From assembly GCA_964503265.1 (NCBI GenBank), contig CAZCYO010000004.1, forward strand, positions 162,157-226,156: 64,000 nt of DNA. The letters run 5' to 3'. The notes below the pieces were generated by a model. The model made no database searches, was not told the origin of the DNA, and worked only from the letters and a program-made list of their open reading frames with translations. The position numbers and the translations under genes were made by a program. Shown piece by piece: positions 33,301 through 41,975 of the stretch (its first letter is position 1; every line of letters begins with the position of its first letter). Source of the DNA: an uncultured Gammaproteobacteria bacterium. Its GTDB lineage: Bacteria; Patescibacteriota; Microgenomatia; Levybacterales; UBA12049.

Positions 33301-36300
33301 ACACTCACTATTACCGGGACAGTGGCTGTCTCAACGGGTGCGACATATAATAATAATGCAGATTTGAACATTAACGGAGGCGCATTTACAACAGCTGGGA
33401 CAGGTGTCATTAATACGACAAGTGGCACTCCGACTGTCACTATTTCAGGAACGGGCAATCTGGGCAGCGGCAACGGAAATATTACGCTCTACAACCTCAC
33501 CACGACTGGTACGGGCACCACTACCTTCTCTGGTGCAGGTACAAATACGATAAATAATAACGTATCTGTGGGTGCAGGGACGACACTCAATATTAACTCG
33601 ACCGTTGGCATTACGGGAAGCTTAACGAATACAACATCAGGTATTATCGGCACGACATCAGGAACTCCCACAGTTACCGTTTCAGGAACAAGTATTGGAG
33701 GCGGGACGACAGGTGCGATCACCTTCTATAATCTCACCAAGGCCGGAGCCGGCACGACCACATTTTCAAATGGTGGAACAAATACTATCAATAATAATCT
33801 TTCTGTCTCAAATGGCACACTCACCCAAAGTAGTGCACTTACTGTCACCAATGATATTTCCGTCTCAACTGGTGCGACCTTTAACACCAATGCAACACTT
33901 ACTGTAAACGGTGGAGATATGACTACAGCTGGAACTGGTGTCATCAGTACAACCGCTGGAACAGCGACGGTTACAATGACCGGCACAGGAAATATCGGGG
34001 GTGGTGGTGCGGTCACTGTCTATAGCTTGACCAGTAGCAGCGGAACACAAACCATCTCGAGTACTACAACAATCAATAACACACTGACTGTTAATGGGAC
34101 AATTAATGGCTCTTCAAACCTCACAGTCAACGCAGACTTTACAGGAACTGGAACCGTAACAATGAGTGGTGGAACAACAGAACAGCGAGTCGGCGCTGCT
34201 CAAAACTTCGGAACCGATACCGGAAGTAATAACTGGTCATTTGCAACACTTATCTTCTCAAACTCAACTGGCACGTCAAAAACAGTGACGACACAATCTG
34301 GTGGATCTGGCGGAATTACAGTGTCGACACTTCTTCAAGTCGGCAAAGGTGGAGACAGTGCTGTAACGGTTCTTGACGCTGCGAATAGAACATGGACACT
34401 AACAGGTACAAGTGGTACTCCATTTACCGTGCCAAACGGAACATTTACCGCTAGCACATCAACCGTGTCCTATACTGGCAACAATGGTGCTGGGAACACA
34501 ACCATTCGAGATGTTACTTATAATAATTTGACTGTCAATAACGGCTCTGAAACATGGAACCTAGCTTCTTCTCCATTAAACGTCAATGAAAATTTAACAG
34601 TTAGTGCAGGTACGCTAGATTTACAAACAAATAGTGCAAATATCGGTTCAACGGGTGTTGCGAACTCGGGTGGAATATCTGTTTCTGGAACAATCACCCA
34701 AAGCAGTGCTGGAACGACTACTGTTAAAACATCTGCCAGTGGAACAGCCAGTATTGGCGGCTCAGGAACTATAACATTCTATAACTTAACTATAGCACCC
34801 ACGGCTACAAGCACCACGATTATACTAGGAACAGCAGGATCACAAACAATCACAGTTAGTAATAATCTTAGTGTCGGTGACGGGTCAAACGCAGTTACGG
34901 TCAGTGCAAGTACATATAATCCAATTATTGATGTCAATGGTTCTTTTACGACAAATGCAAGTGGAACATTCGTCGCTCCCCAATCCACCTCATTTACGAT
35001 CGCTGGAAGTATGACGAATAACGGAACGTTTAACCACAACTCTGGCACTGTCACACTCGATACCACAGCGACTGCAACACTTGCTGGATCAGGTAATCCT
35101 GCAATTACCTTTAATAATCTCACTGTTACTACACCAAATAAAACCGTTCTTTTCACGTCTACTGAAACATTTCAAACCAATGGGCTACTCACGATAACCG
35201 GAACAACTGGGAATCCAGTGACTATTGATGCAACCACTAATGGAAACCAATGGTTCATTAACCACCAGGGAACTGAAAGTATTACGTATGCAGCTATCCA
35301 AGACTCTGGCTGTGATGGAAGTAGCACCACAATTACCCTTATTACCACAAATACCGATAACGGAACTAACGGAACATGTTGGGCATTTTCAAGTGATATT
35401 TCAGGCGTTATCTATTCTGATGAAGGATCAACCCCATTTGACTGTTCAGGAGCAAATTTAACTATCGATCTGTCAGTTAACGGTGGAACTAACTATACTG
35501 CAACCTGTACATTAAATACTGGTGTCTTTTCTTTCTCAACTATTCCTCAACCAGCAAGTGGAACACCACTAGCATTCTTCGTCGATAATGCAAATGTCGC
35601 ATCAGCCAAAGCAACGACAATTACAAGGGCCCCAACCCCTTCAACTTCTATTACTGGTATCAAACTCTATAAAGATCATGTCGTGTTAACGCATCAGGAT
35701 GCCGGCCCAATCACGAATGCAAACCTCGCAACAGCAGATAATGCGGATGCAGGCATTCGCTATAGTGTGGCAAGTAGTAATCTCACTGTCGATTCTGGAA
35801 TGGAACTGTATGTGTTAAATTCCAAAACATACACTCCTGGTGGAACCGTCACCACTCAGGGATCTTCTGACTTTCAACTCGCAAGTAGCGCCACATCTAC
35901 TCTTGATACTTCGACTAATGCTATTGCTGGTAACGTCGTTGTCGATACCGGGGCAACACTTACCATTAACGCAGATACTACAGTAAGTGGTGGCGGATTA
36001 ACAACTGCGGGAACCGGCATTATTACAAATAGTAGTAACACACCAACAGTTACTGTTTCAGGAACCGGCACTATTGGTGGTGGTGGTGCGGTAACAATTT
36101 TCAACCTAACCAGTAGCAGCGGAACACAAACGCTCTCATCAACGACTCTGATTACCAATACCTTAACTGTTAACGGAACACTTAGCGGCTCTTCCTCACT
36201 TACTGTGTATGGAAATCTGGTTGGTACTGGAACTGTTAGTCATACTGGCACAACCGAACAGCGAATCTCTGGTTCACAAAATTTTGGGACAACAAGTGGC

Positions 36301-37515
36301 AGTAATGCATGGTCGTTTGGAACGCTCATTTTCTCAAATGGCGCTGGGTCATCAAGAACTGTAACAACCCAAACCGGTGGAAGTGGAACAATTACTGTCT
36401 CAACACTTCTGCAAATTGGTAAAGGTGGAGACGCTGCCGTAACTGTGCTTGACGCTGGGAATAGAACATGGACACTCTCGGGAACAAGTGGCACACCATT
36501 TACTCTCCCCCAAGGAACGTTTACTCCTAATACATCAACTGTTAGTTATACCGGAAATAACAGTGGCGGAAATACGACATTTGCGAATACGACATATAAT
36601 AACCTCTCCTGTAATAATGGTTCTGAAACATATAACGCTGCTGCTTCTCCACTCAATGTAAGTGGAGATTTGACAGTAACTGCAGGGACACTTGATATGC
36701 AAACCAACTCACTTAATGTTGGCTCAACATCTGTCGCAAATTCAGGTGATATCGCAGTTGCTGGAACACTCACACAAAGTGCATCGGGAACGACAACTGT
36801 TAAAACATCAGCGGGTGGAACGGCAACTATCGGTGGTGCTGGAACACTCACGTTTTATAATCTTACGATCGCACCAACAGCAGCTGGTGGAACCATCACA
36901 TTAGGCTCTGCGGGAGGTCAAACACTTTCTGTATCCAATAATTTATCTATAGGCGATGGTGCCAATGCTTCAACTATCACAGCAGATGTTAATACACCTA
37001 TTATTGATGTAAATGGATCTTTCACAATAAATGCCAGTGGGATATTTGTCGCTCCTCCCTTCTCTGCATTTAGAATCGCTTCAAATATGACAAATAACGG
37101 CACGTTTACTCCAAACGGTGGGACGGTAACATTTGATACAACAGGTACAAGTATTATCGCTGGATCAGGAAATCCAGCAGTCAATTTTTATAATCTATCT
37201 TCAACTACTGCTGGGAAAACGCTGCAATTTACAGCTGGTGAAACGTTCCAAACAGATGGTAATATAACAATTACTGATGTGAGTATCAACTCGACCAGTA
37301 GTTCACAATGGTTCATTAACCATTTAGGCTCAGAATCAATAACAGGCACCGTCACCATTACGTATTCTGGATGTGATAGTGCCAGCACAAACGTAAGTGC
37401 GATCATCGCAACAGATGGTGGAAATAATGGATCATGTTGGAAATTTGCCGGTCAGGAAGTCGGAAAAAGAATTAAAGGAACTTCAACAATTAATGGAAAC
37501 GTACGGTTTAAATAA
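27352..37515 (+). CDS. giant (3387 aa) Gly/Thr/Ser/Asn-rich surface protein with N-terminal TM anchor and beta-helix-like repeats, including a roughly 1100-aa module present about three times
   Basis: Starts 4 nt after the previous stop, so probably co-transcribed. TM helix MVGIFGVIIIPLIAFWLSF. Repeated GTGTTTFSG, LTIGGTxGTLTxxN and WFINHQGTE..ITY..I.YSGCDG motifs. Confidence 0.8.
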   Translation: MKLLRRLRIIIVYMMKAAQHVLSTLKNPLRRRKHLRLIQVEQHIIEKCLMVGIFGVIIIPLIAFWLSFSIPKYNKTLKVDTYTAKDLEFRHPKTSFSVKEKPTFKVYVGEIKHVDNSPKARLLRTLTLVPRAEADDTKLPDIDVTLHHIVRESDTEEVVIRQSGPDEVEIAVADIKTFKPGKYHISITSGKRNIEQDFTWGVLAVNTNKSIYSPGETAKIGMGLLDDIGRTKCFNYPDPLIHGEVWLTITDPHGKRTELSTKNGLVTGSENCAEHSVTNDADFQTSYKTTTPGMYQMHMIGENQNGKRTLDDYFEVTENQDYVVERTSLPTRIYPSAIYTNTLTVSTKSAFKGQIKETTPASFHITCDSCEVQGADSLNNAKEPADKKATHTIIWNVDWSTGGTHTLTYSFDPPRISPEFYILGPLTIANSSNTVFTEARPWQIASDAVVTWNGNGVDNNWNTAGNWAGGVACTAAANDCTFDGSNPTNGQKNASINVSISVNTISMLATGGGSGYTGIITQGAATTVTTAGTGGITVSAGTFTGSAATITMNTAGVLTVSGGTFNAGTGTFTASTASNTYRIVVSSGTYTGSASGTRTLSGGGIQVTGGTFTGGGATYNLSSTGSNAGLTVSGGTFDGGSGPWTLSSTNATTSGVSHSAGSFTGGSGAWSLSGATGTGYLVTGGTDHTTTTSTLSIVTNLTVTGVTTWTNSASSITFATGGNSTTSCDRVIGTNFILTKTSGTPTYTNGASCSLTFATWSGSTTLASFTNNGIATSSAGAGTLTMGDSTITNDRELTNNATINFQRTFNNSRGILTNSGTITHSTNASTDAGAFTCQNTIGGTFNMSGANSSTFTISDGAGGDCVITSITIVSGNYTTFTNAGTITLGSGTLIIRNGAAGATDGDVINTGSLTIGASATLNIERDFDSSTGTLVNSGTLSFQDNATDDNGILSCSASTTLNGTVGLDKDNGTATFTIGTNCTITNGVAIGTSNNGTFTVNGSLTVASGTLLIRDFDLVVGASGSLSIGASGTIQAERNVTVSGSISNSGTLSFVDNASNDSGTFSCSSIVNGTVNLDKDIGATTFTLGSGCTITNAVAIASSNNGTFTINGSLTLASGTLLVRDANLVIGSSGAFTINSGAVVNAERNWTESSGSVTTNNGTIRFIDNASSDSTTLTCGTGSNLGKVDLNKVTGGNTFVLGSDCTTGNFNRISGIISNPASAYTLKVQGNLMMSSTTNMGGANMTVSMEGSGFQFINFAATSTTFVSKFQVNKTGGSAMLLTNNFTVTGQACTVAAGTFDINGLTFVCNTTGLTVSSGGNLQLQGAETITLPGNPTLSAGSTVTYAGNKNAGANTYALKSWSYSNLTISSSDSATDIFQPAATLSVGNDLTNTAGSLDAKSGSDFAMNVTRDFSNSGTFLAQGGTLTVGRNFTNNGTFTAGTGTLTLNTTTTATLAGSGSPAVTLNNLTIATSDKTVQFTAGQTFRTNGLLTITGTSGHNVIINSTTSSQWFINHQGTEAITYATITYSGCDGASTDITLASSDTNGGNNGACWLFVADMSGTIYTDEGTTPYDCSANNLTINLSVNGGSNATTTCTLNTGVFSFTSVTGPSDGTPFTVFIDSTETPKATLVMLGDGSAIITGLKLYVSHVTLSHLNAGPITNANLATADNADAGIRYSVASSNLTVDSGMELYVLNSKTYTPGGTVTTQGSSDFQLASSATSTLDTATNTIDGDIVVDTGATLNINTTTSINGGAMTTAGTGVITTTSGTPTVTISGTGTIGGGGTVTVYALTVNGTQTLASDTTISNTANVAAGGSLDLGSKNMTVSGGSFTNTSTGIIACSGCSAGTLTMSGTGTLGSGNGNITIYNLTTSGTGTTTFSGGGTNTISNNVTVGTGTTLNINSTTAITGSLANTTTGIIGTTSGTPTVTVSGSTIGGGSGALTFYNLTKAGAGTTTFSGSGTNSITNNLSISNGTFTQSNTLTITGTVAVSTGATYNNNADLNINGGAFTTAGTGVINTTSGTPTVTISGTGNLGSGNGNITLYNLTTTGTGTTTFSGAGTNTINNNVSVGAGTTLNINSTVGITGSLTNTTSGIIGTTSGTPTVTVSGTSIGGGTTGAITFYNLTKAGAGTTTFSNGGTNTINNNLSVSNGTLTQSSALTVTNDISVSTGATFNTNATLTVNGGDMTTAGTGVISTTAGTATVTMTGTGNIGGGGAVTVYSLTSSSGTQTISSTTTINNTLTVNGTINGSSNLTVNADFTGTGTVTMSGGTTEQRVGAAQNFGTDTGSNNWSFATLIFSNSTGTSKTVTTQSGGSGGITVSTLLQVGKGGDSAVTVLDAANRTWTLTGTSGTPFTVPNGTFTASTSTVSYTGNNGAGNTTIRDVTYNNLTVNNGSETWNLASSPLNVNENLTVSAGTLDLQTNSANIGSTGVANSGGISVSGTITQSSAGTTTVKTSASGTASIGGSGTITFYNLTIAPTATSTTIILGTAGSQTITVSNNLSVGDGSNAVTVSASTYNPIIDVNGSFTTNASGTFVAPQSTSFTIAGSMTNNGTFNHNSGTVTLDTTATATLAGSGNPAITFNNLTVTTPNKTVLFTSTETFQTNGLLTITGTTGNPVTIDATTNGNQWFINHQGTESITYAAIQDSGCDGSSTTITLITTNTDNGTNGTCWAFSSDISGVIYSDEGSTPFDCSGANLTIDLSVNGGTNYTATCTLNTGVFSFSTIPQPASGTPLAFFVDNANVASAKATTITRAPTPSTSITGIKLYKDHVVLTHQDAGPITNANLATADNADAGIRYSVASSNLTVDSGMELYVLNSKTYTPGGTVTTQGSSDFQLASSATSTLDTSTNAIAGNVVVDTGATLTINADTTVSGGGLTTAGTGIITNSSNTPTVTVSGTGTIGGGGAVTIFNLTSSSGTQTLSSTTLITNTLTVNGTLSGSSSLTVYGNLVGTGTVSHTGTTEQRISGSQNFGTTSGSNAWSFGTLIFSNGAGSSRTVTTQTGGSGTITVSTLLQIGKGGDAAVTVLDAGNRTWTLSGTSGTPFTLPQGTFTPNTSTVSYTGNNSGGNTTFANTTYNNLSCNNGSETYNAAASPLNVSGDLTVTAGTLDMQTNSLNVGSTSVANSGDIAVAGTLTQSASGTTTVKTSAGGTATIGGAGTLTFYNLTIAPTAAGGTITLGSAGGQTLSVSNNLSIGDGANASTITADVNTPIIDVNGSFTINASGIFVAPPFSAFRIASNMTNNGTFTPNGGTVTFDTTGTSIIAGSGNPAVNFYNLSSTTAGKTLQFTAGETFQTDGNITITDVSINSTSSSQWFINHLGSESITGTVTITYSGCDSASTNVSAIIATDGGNNGSCWKFAGQEVGKRIKGTSTINGNVRFK
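32326..32535 (+). repeat. about 210-nt segment nearly identical (about 99%) to 35701..35910 within giant gene 2, the core of a larger duplicated module
   Basis: gccggcccaatcacgaatgcaaa(t/c)ctcgcaacagcagataatgcggatgc...caactcgcaagtagcgccacatctactcttgatact appears at both sites. Confidence 0.8.
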
Positions 37516-37518
37516 CAC

Positions 37519-38181
37519 CTACCCACTATCCCCTCTAAGCACTACTGCTTTTTGATACAGGAGTTGCATATTATCACGAGCCGTCTCAAGCGCTTCTTCT
37601 CTTATGGCATGTGCAATTGGAAGTGGATATGTATTCATTTTTATCTGATTTATGTTTATGGCAGGAGTAAACGTCACAAATCCTTCACCACTCAGAGAAA
37701 AAAAATAGCTGAAGAGGTCAATAATAGGATCATTCGTAAGTCTGCCGTCCCGTTCATAGAGTGCTTGACGAAGTTCCATCTCACGCGTAGCAGAAACCGC
37801 TTTCCCCACCTCTAATTTATATGGTGTTTTTACCTTAGCTTCAACACCTATATCGTTCATTTCAGGTACACGATAGAAACTAAATGAAGCAGTAGACACA
37901 TCAGGAGTTGCCCCTGGACTATGAGTAATTTTATAGCGAAATGGTAGTCGATCAATTCCCTTTTTTTTATCATCAACGGTACTAAGATACGAGATTTCCC
38001 CAAGTAATCCCCCGCAATCACGCATTAAAGAAGCAATAGCTTTCACTCGTTCAGGTATTGATAGTTGTACCAGCTCTGGTCGAGGGAAAAGAGAGTCGTT
38101 ATCTGGAAAAATCCATGCGTGAGATGCAAGCTTGCGAGAAATATACTCACCATATTCCGATTCGTGTTCAAAGGAAGACAT
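37519..38181 (-). CDS. hypothetical cytoplasmic protein
   Basis: 220-aa ORF convergent with the giant gene; no recognisable motif. Confidence 0.35.
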   Translation of the reverse strand: MSSFEHESEYGEYISRKLASHAWIFPDNDSLFPRPELVQLSIPERVKAIASLMRDCGGLLGEISYLSTVDDKKKGIDRLPFRYKITHSPGATPDVSTASFSFYRVPEMNDIGVEAKVKTPYKLEVGKAVSATREMELRQALYERDGRLTNDPIIDLFSYFFSLSGEGFVTFTPAININQIKMNTYPLPIAHAIREEALETARDNMQLLYQKAVVLRGDSG

Positions 38182-38217
38182 GAGCGTATTATACGATAGT
38201 TTTTATTTCGAAGTTAC

Positions 38218-40386
38218 TTATGGAGTTGCTGTAGTAACAGGAGTTACAGAGGAAGTACCTGTTGGAGTTGGTGTTGTACTGACTTTTGGTGTTGGAGACA
38301 CTGTCGGACCTGGAATTTGGACTTTCGGATTTCTCTCTGGAAGCTGAGCAGCTGGTTTATTTACATCAAGTTGTGATTGATCTGTACCTGTTTGTGTTTG
38401 TGCTGCAGCAGATTGCTGTTGTCCTGTTTTAATTTTTTGCTCAAGAACAGCAATTTCTTCAGTTATTTTCTTTAATGAATCAGCATCATTCGAAATTAAT
38501 TGTTTAACAGCTTGATATGCTTGCAGTGCGTTTGGAAGATCGCCTTTTTCTTCAAGTGCATGTCCTAAGTTATAATACGCATTTGCATAATCAGGTTTTA
38601 GTTGCAGTGCTTGTTGGAATGCATTTTGTGCTTGGTCCCACATGCGTAATTGATAATAAATCCCACCGAGATTTATATACTGTTGTGGATTCGTGTTATC
38701 AAGTGAAATAGCTTGTTGGTTAGTGAGAATCGCAAATTGATCAGCGTTTTGTCCAAATCCAATCAAACTTCTATATACTCCTGACAAGTTATTCCAATTA
38801 GCCACATTTAATGGTGATACTGTTGCAGCAGAGCGACCTGCGTTAATGGATTGCTGAATCAAGGTTAAGATTTGCTGCTGTACCTCAGCTGATGGGCTTG
38901 AGTTTTTCTGTGCTTGAATATTACTACTCAGTGAGTTAGCAAGTGCTAAATTAGTCTGTGAGAAAATACGATAATACGCATCGCGATACGGAAATTGTTG
39001 AATTGCTTGGGTTTGTAACTGATACGTTTGTGCTCCATTATTTGCATTCGCTGCGACAAGTGAACGCTGGAATGTCATATCTGAGAGTACATATGTTCCA
39101 GATAAGTATCCCAGACCACCAACGAGTGCAATCATGACAATAAAGAGTAAGACAGGGAAAATTTTCGCATAACTACTTTGTGTTCTTTCCCCTTCTTCAC
39201 TTGCATGAATAAGACCTCGTTTTAAGGTTACGAAATAAAACTCTAAATCAGCAAAATGTTTTGGATGCGCTTCTGCTTCACGAGCGGCAAATAATGCAAG
39301 AAGCACAAAAAGCAATGTCTGTAAAACAAACGAGAACGGTAAAATAAATGATGTAATAAATGCAATAACAAGTGGGAGATAGAGCACCTTACTTCGAACA
39401 AATCGATAGATAATAAGTCCGTACCCTAACACACCTAAAAAACCAGTCGTAGCAAGGAGCTCTAACACAAAACTACTTGATCTAAAGAACGTAAATGTCC
39501 AGAGTGTCGAATCATTGTTAAACGATGATTGTTTAAAGCGAGTAAAATCTGTCAAATAGGTTCCATATCCTGAACCAAAGAGAAAACTCTTCATCACACG
39601 CCCTGCGTCTTGAGAGATTGCCGCGAAAGCAGTTTGAAATCCAGTAACATACGGGAGGATATATGGTTTTTGAAGTACCACTAACATATACACTGATGCT
39701 AATAATCCGACGAGTACTAAAATCGTTGCAACGGCAAATCCTACTGCGACTCCTTCAGCTGTCTCCTCTTCTCGGCTTCCAAAGACTTTTTGTGCCTTAC
39801 TTGAGATATTTCCGACAAGTGATGATGCAAAATATGCACCAATTGGAAGAACGAAGGCTAAATACAATGATTGATCAAGTAACGAACCCACGGGTGTGAA
39901 GGTCTGGACATGGGTGTATTGCATAGGCAGAATATAAATCTTGAGAAGTGATAATACAGAAATAGCACTTGAAAGTACTCCTCCTCCGACCAAACATGCC
40001 GAGACATACAACAATGCTTTTTGTCCACGAACAGTATTCACAAAAACAAAATACAATAACACAGCAAAAAGGAGTGGAACATATGCAATTAGCGCATCAA
40101 ATCGATTAACTGATAAATATGATGAAACAAAAACAATAACAGTAAAAAGTAACAAAGGTAAATCAAATGGTGTTGTTCGAAGTCGGACTTTTCCCTCAAT
40201 AATCATCCGTACTCCAAAAAGGATAAGCGATACAAAAACGATGCCCCCTAATAATATCTGTTTAGGAAGAATAAACGCATCTGTTGTAATAGTTAAGAAC
40301 AGTAATGGAAAGACCAGGAGCGATACTCCAAGAAGAAAGAGCGATAAGTTCTCTAAGTAGGATAACACTTCGTTTTTCGTATTCAT
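38218..40386 (-). CDS. polytopic membrane protein of O-antigen ligase/polymerase (Wzy_C-like) type with C-terminal TPR repeats and Thr/Pro-rich tail
   Basis: About 10 TM helices in the N-terminal 400 aa. TPR-like repeats (YYNLGHALEEKGDLPNALQAYQ, INLGGIYYQLRMWDQAQNAFQQALQLKPDYANAYYNLG). PT-rich C-terminus. Confidence 0.5.
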   Translation of the reverse strand: MNTKNEVLSYLENLSLFLLGVSLLVFPLLFLTITTDAFILPKQILLGGIVFVSLILFGVRMIIEGKVRLRTTPFDLPLLLFTVIVFVSSYLSVNRFDALIAYVPLLFAVLLYFVFVNTVRGQKALLYVSACLVGGGVLSSAISVLSLLKIYILPMQYTHVQTFTPVGSLLDQSLYLAFVLPIGAYFASSLVGNISSKAQKVFGSREEETAEGVAVGFAVATILVLVGLLASVYMLVVLQKPYILPYVTGFQTAFAAISQDAGRVMKSFLFGSGYGTYLTDFTRFKQSSFNNDSTLWTFTFFRSSSFVLELLATTGFLGVLGYGLIIYRFVRSKVLYLPLVIAFITSFILPFSFVLQTLLFVLLALFAAREAEAHPKHFADLEFYFVTLKRGLIHASEEGERTQSSYAKIFPVLLFIVMIALVGGLGYLSGTYVLSDMTFQRSLVAANANNGAQTYQLQTQAIQQFPYRDAYYRIFSQTNLALANSLSSNIQAQKNSSPSAEVQQQILTLIQQSINAGRSAATVSPLNVANWNNLSGVYRSLIGFGQNADQFAILTNQQAISLDNTNPQQYINLGGIYYQLRMWDQAQNAFQQALQLKPDYANAYYNLGHALEEKGDLPNALQAYQAVKQLISNDADSLKKITEEIAVLEQKIKTGQQQSAAAQTQTGTDQSQLDVNKPAAQLPERNPKVQIPGPTVSPTPKVSTTPTPTGTSSVTPVTTATP

Positions 40387-40541
40387 GAGCAGAATAATTA
40401 GTATGAACCGTTTCCCTATTCAAAGTAAAGAGATATAGTAAAAACGTGTACGGCTTAATCAGGCTTTAGATTGAAAAACCGTATAAATCTACTCTAACAA
40501 AGAGGAAATAACACTGTCAAGTTTTCGGTGTTTTTTTTGGG

Positions 40542-40612
40542 TGGACCCGAAGGGAATCGAACCCTCTATTTCTCCATGCCATGGAGATGTGTTACCGGTA
40601 TACCACGGGCCC
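40542..40612 (-). tRNA. tRNA-Ala (anticodon GGC)
   Basis: Minus strand reads GGGCCCG-TG-GTAT-ACCGGTA-ACAC-A-TCTCC-ATGGCAT-GGAGA-AATA-GAGGG-TTCGATT-CCCTT-CGGGTCC-A. It has a G3:U70 Ala identity pair, T-loop TTCGATT and anticodon loop AU-GGC-AU. The D-stem has one mismatch. CCA is not encoded. Confidence 0.6.
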
Positions 40613-40691
40613 AAGAGTAGGAGTGAGAAGAAAGCAGTTATTAGCTAGAATAGTTCGCTAACTCCTAGCTTTTATACTCTATCTCCTCTCC

Positions 40692-41870
40692 TTATGGAAG
40701 GTAGCTCAATGGATTAACAAGTGCACCGTTGGCACGTACTTCGAAGTGAAGATGTGCTCCAGTCGTACGTCCAGTTAAGCCTACCCAGCCGATAATCGTT
40801 TGACCAGCCACTGTTCGTTGTCCGGCTGAGACATTGGCTGCTTGCATATGACAGTAATGAGTCGCTACGCCTGCTCCGTTATCAACCCAAACATTATTTC
40901 CATATCCCCCGTCCCACCCGCCAATACTAACCACAGAGACTGTACCATTCTGTGCTGCATAAATAGGTGTTCCAAGCGGTGCAGTGATATCAAGCGCCAT
41001 ATGATACCACGATGCGTACTGTGAAATACCTGAGTTGCCAGGAAGTGGGAATACCATTCCTCCACCACCAACCACAGGAACGTTACTATCACGAGCAATG
41101 TATTGCTTCTGCAGCGGCCTAATCACAGGCTTTTCAGATGGCTTAACTCCATCTGGTACGATCAATATCTGTCCTTCAACGAGTGAGAATGTCTCGGGAT
41201 TAGCAAAGTCGTTAAACGGAAAATCTACGATCTTCTGAGCGTCTGTTCCAAATTTTTCTGCAATTGTATAGACAGTTTCACCCTTACTTACTTTATGAAC
41301 GATTCCAGAAACAGGCGGGATCTGGAGCTGATCGCCTATCGCAACATCATCACTCGTTAGGTTGTTCGCCCATTTAATGGTGTCAACCGTAATTTCATTA
41401 CTTGGATTTGAGAATTTTTTCGCGATGCTACTCATCGTATCTCCACGCTCTACTGTATATGTCACAAGTTTTGAGCGTAAATTTGAGGATCTATCTGTTT
41501 GGAACACGCTATCTGACACTTCAATTGATTCTTGGATAGGCGCAGCATTGGCAGAAAGAGATGAAGGGGTATTTCCCGTTAAGATCGGGTAGGTTTCAGC
41601 GAGGTACGGAGCAATAAAAATACCTATTCCGAGTACTCCCATCGTCGTGATATGTAGAAACGGTCGAGCATACCGCCCTCGTTTCATTAAAAAGAATTTG
41701 ACGAGAAGATTTTTATTTTTTTCAAACGTTCGACTAGCTGTAAGTACTTTCTTTTTAGCATATGCGTAGAAGAACTCAGCAAATAGACGGAGTTCTTTCC
41801 ATGAAGCTTGAGAGAATCTCTCAAGATATGTGCGGATTGTACTCATACGAGTGAGCAAGTAGCATAGCAA
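40692..41870 (-). CDS. M23-family peptidoglycan endopeptidase with two LysM domains and N-terminal TM anchor
   Basis: LysM-like segments (GDTMSSIAKKF..., GETVYTIAEKFGTDAQKI). M23 metal-binding region HMALDITAPLGTPIYAA ... TGRTTGAHLHFEV. Confidence 0.8.
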   Translation of the reverse strand: MLCYLLTRMSTIRTYLERFSQASWKELRLFAEFFYAYAKKKVLTASRTFEKNKNLLVKFFLMKRGRYARPFLHITTMGVLGIGIFIAPYLAETYPILTGNTPSSLSANAAPIQESIEVSDSVFQTDRSSNLRSKLVTYTVERGDTMSSIAKKFSNPSNEITVDTIKWANNLTSDDVAIGDQLQIPPVSGIVHKVSKGETVYTIAEKFGTDAQKIVDFPFNDFANPETFSLVEGQILIVPDGVKPSEKPVIRPLQKQYIARDSNVPVVGGGGMVFPLPGNSGISQYASWYHMALDITAPLGTPIYAAQNGTVSVVSIGGWDGGYGNNVWVDNGAGVATHYCHMQAANVSAGQRTVAGQTIIGWVGLTGRTTGAHLHFEVRANGALVNPLSYLP

Positions 41871-41975
41871 ACGAGCGTAAGAAAGTCAAAACCGGAGGCT
41901 AGAAGTAAATTATTGAATCACGAAGTATGAAAATTTATCTAATTAGATAGAATAATAAGCTTTCTTGATTCAAGC

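Noticed and set aside
19010-36851. Numerous 60-250-aa ORFs on the minus strand inside the giant genes (for example 19010..19780, 28611..29141, 30453..31061)
   Set aside because: These are antisense shadow ORFs of Gly/Thr/Ala/Ser-rich coding sequence. Their compositions are Pro/Val/Ala-rich nonsense, and they fully overlap a far longer ORF with clear domain structure.
27352-37515. Diversity-generating retroelement (template/variable repeat) as the cause of the near-identical intragenic repeats
   Set aside because: No reverse transcriptase gene is present. The repeats are long module duplications rather than a short adenine-mutagenised VR/TR pair.
40531-40541. T8 run next to the tRNA as an intrinsic terminator
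   Set aside because: It lies 3' of the tRNA only as an A-run on the tRNA strand, and no stem precedes it on the plus strand.
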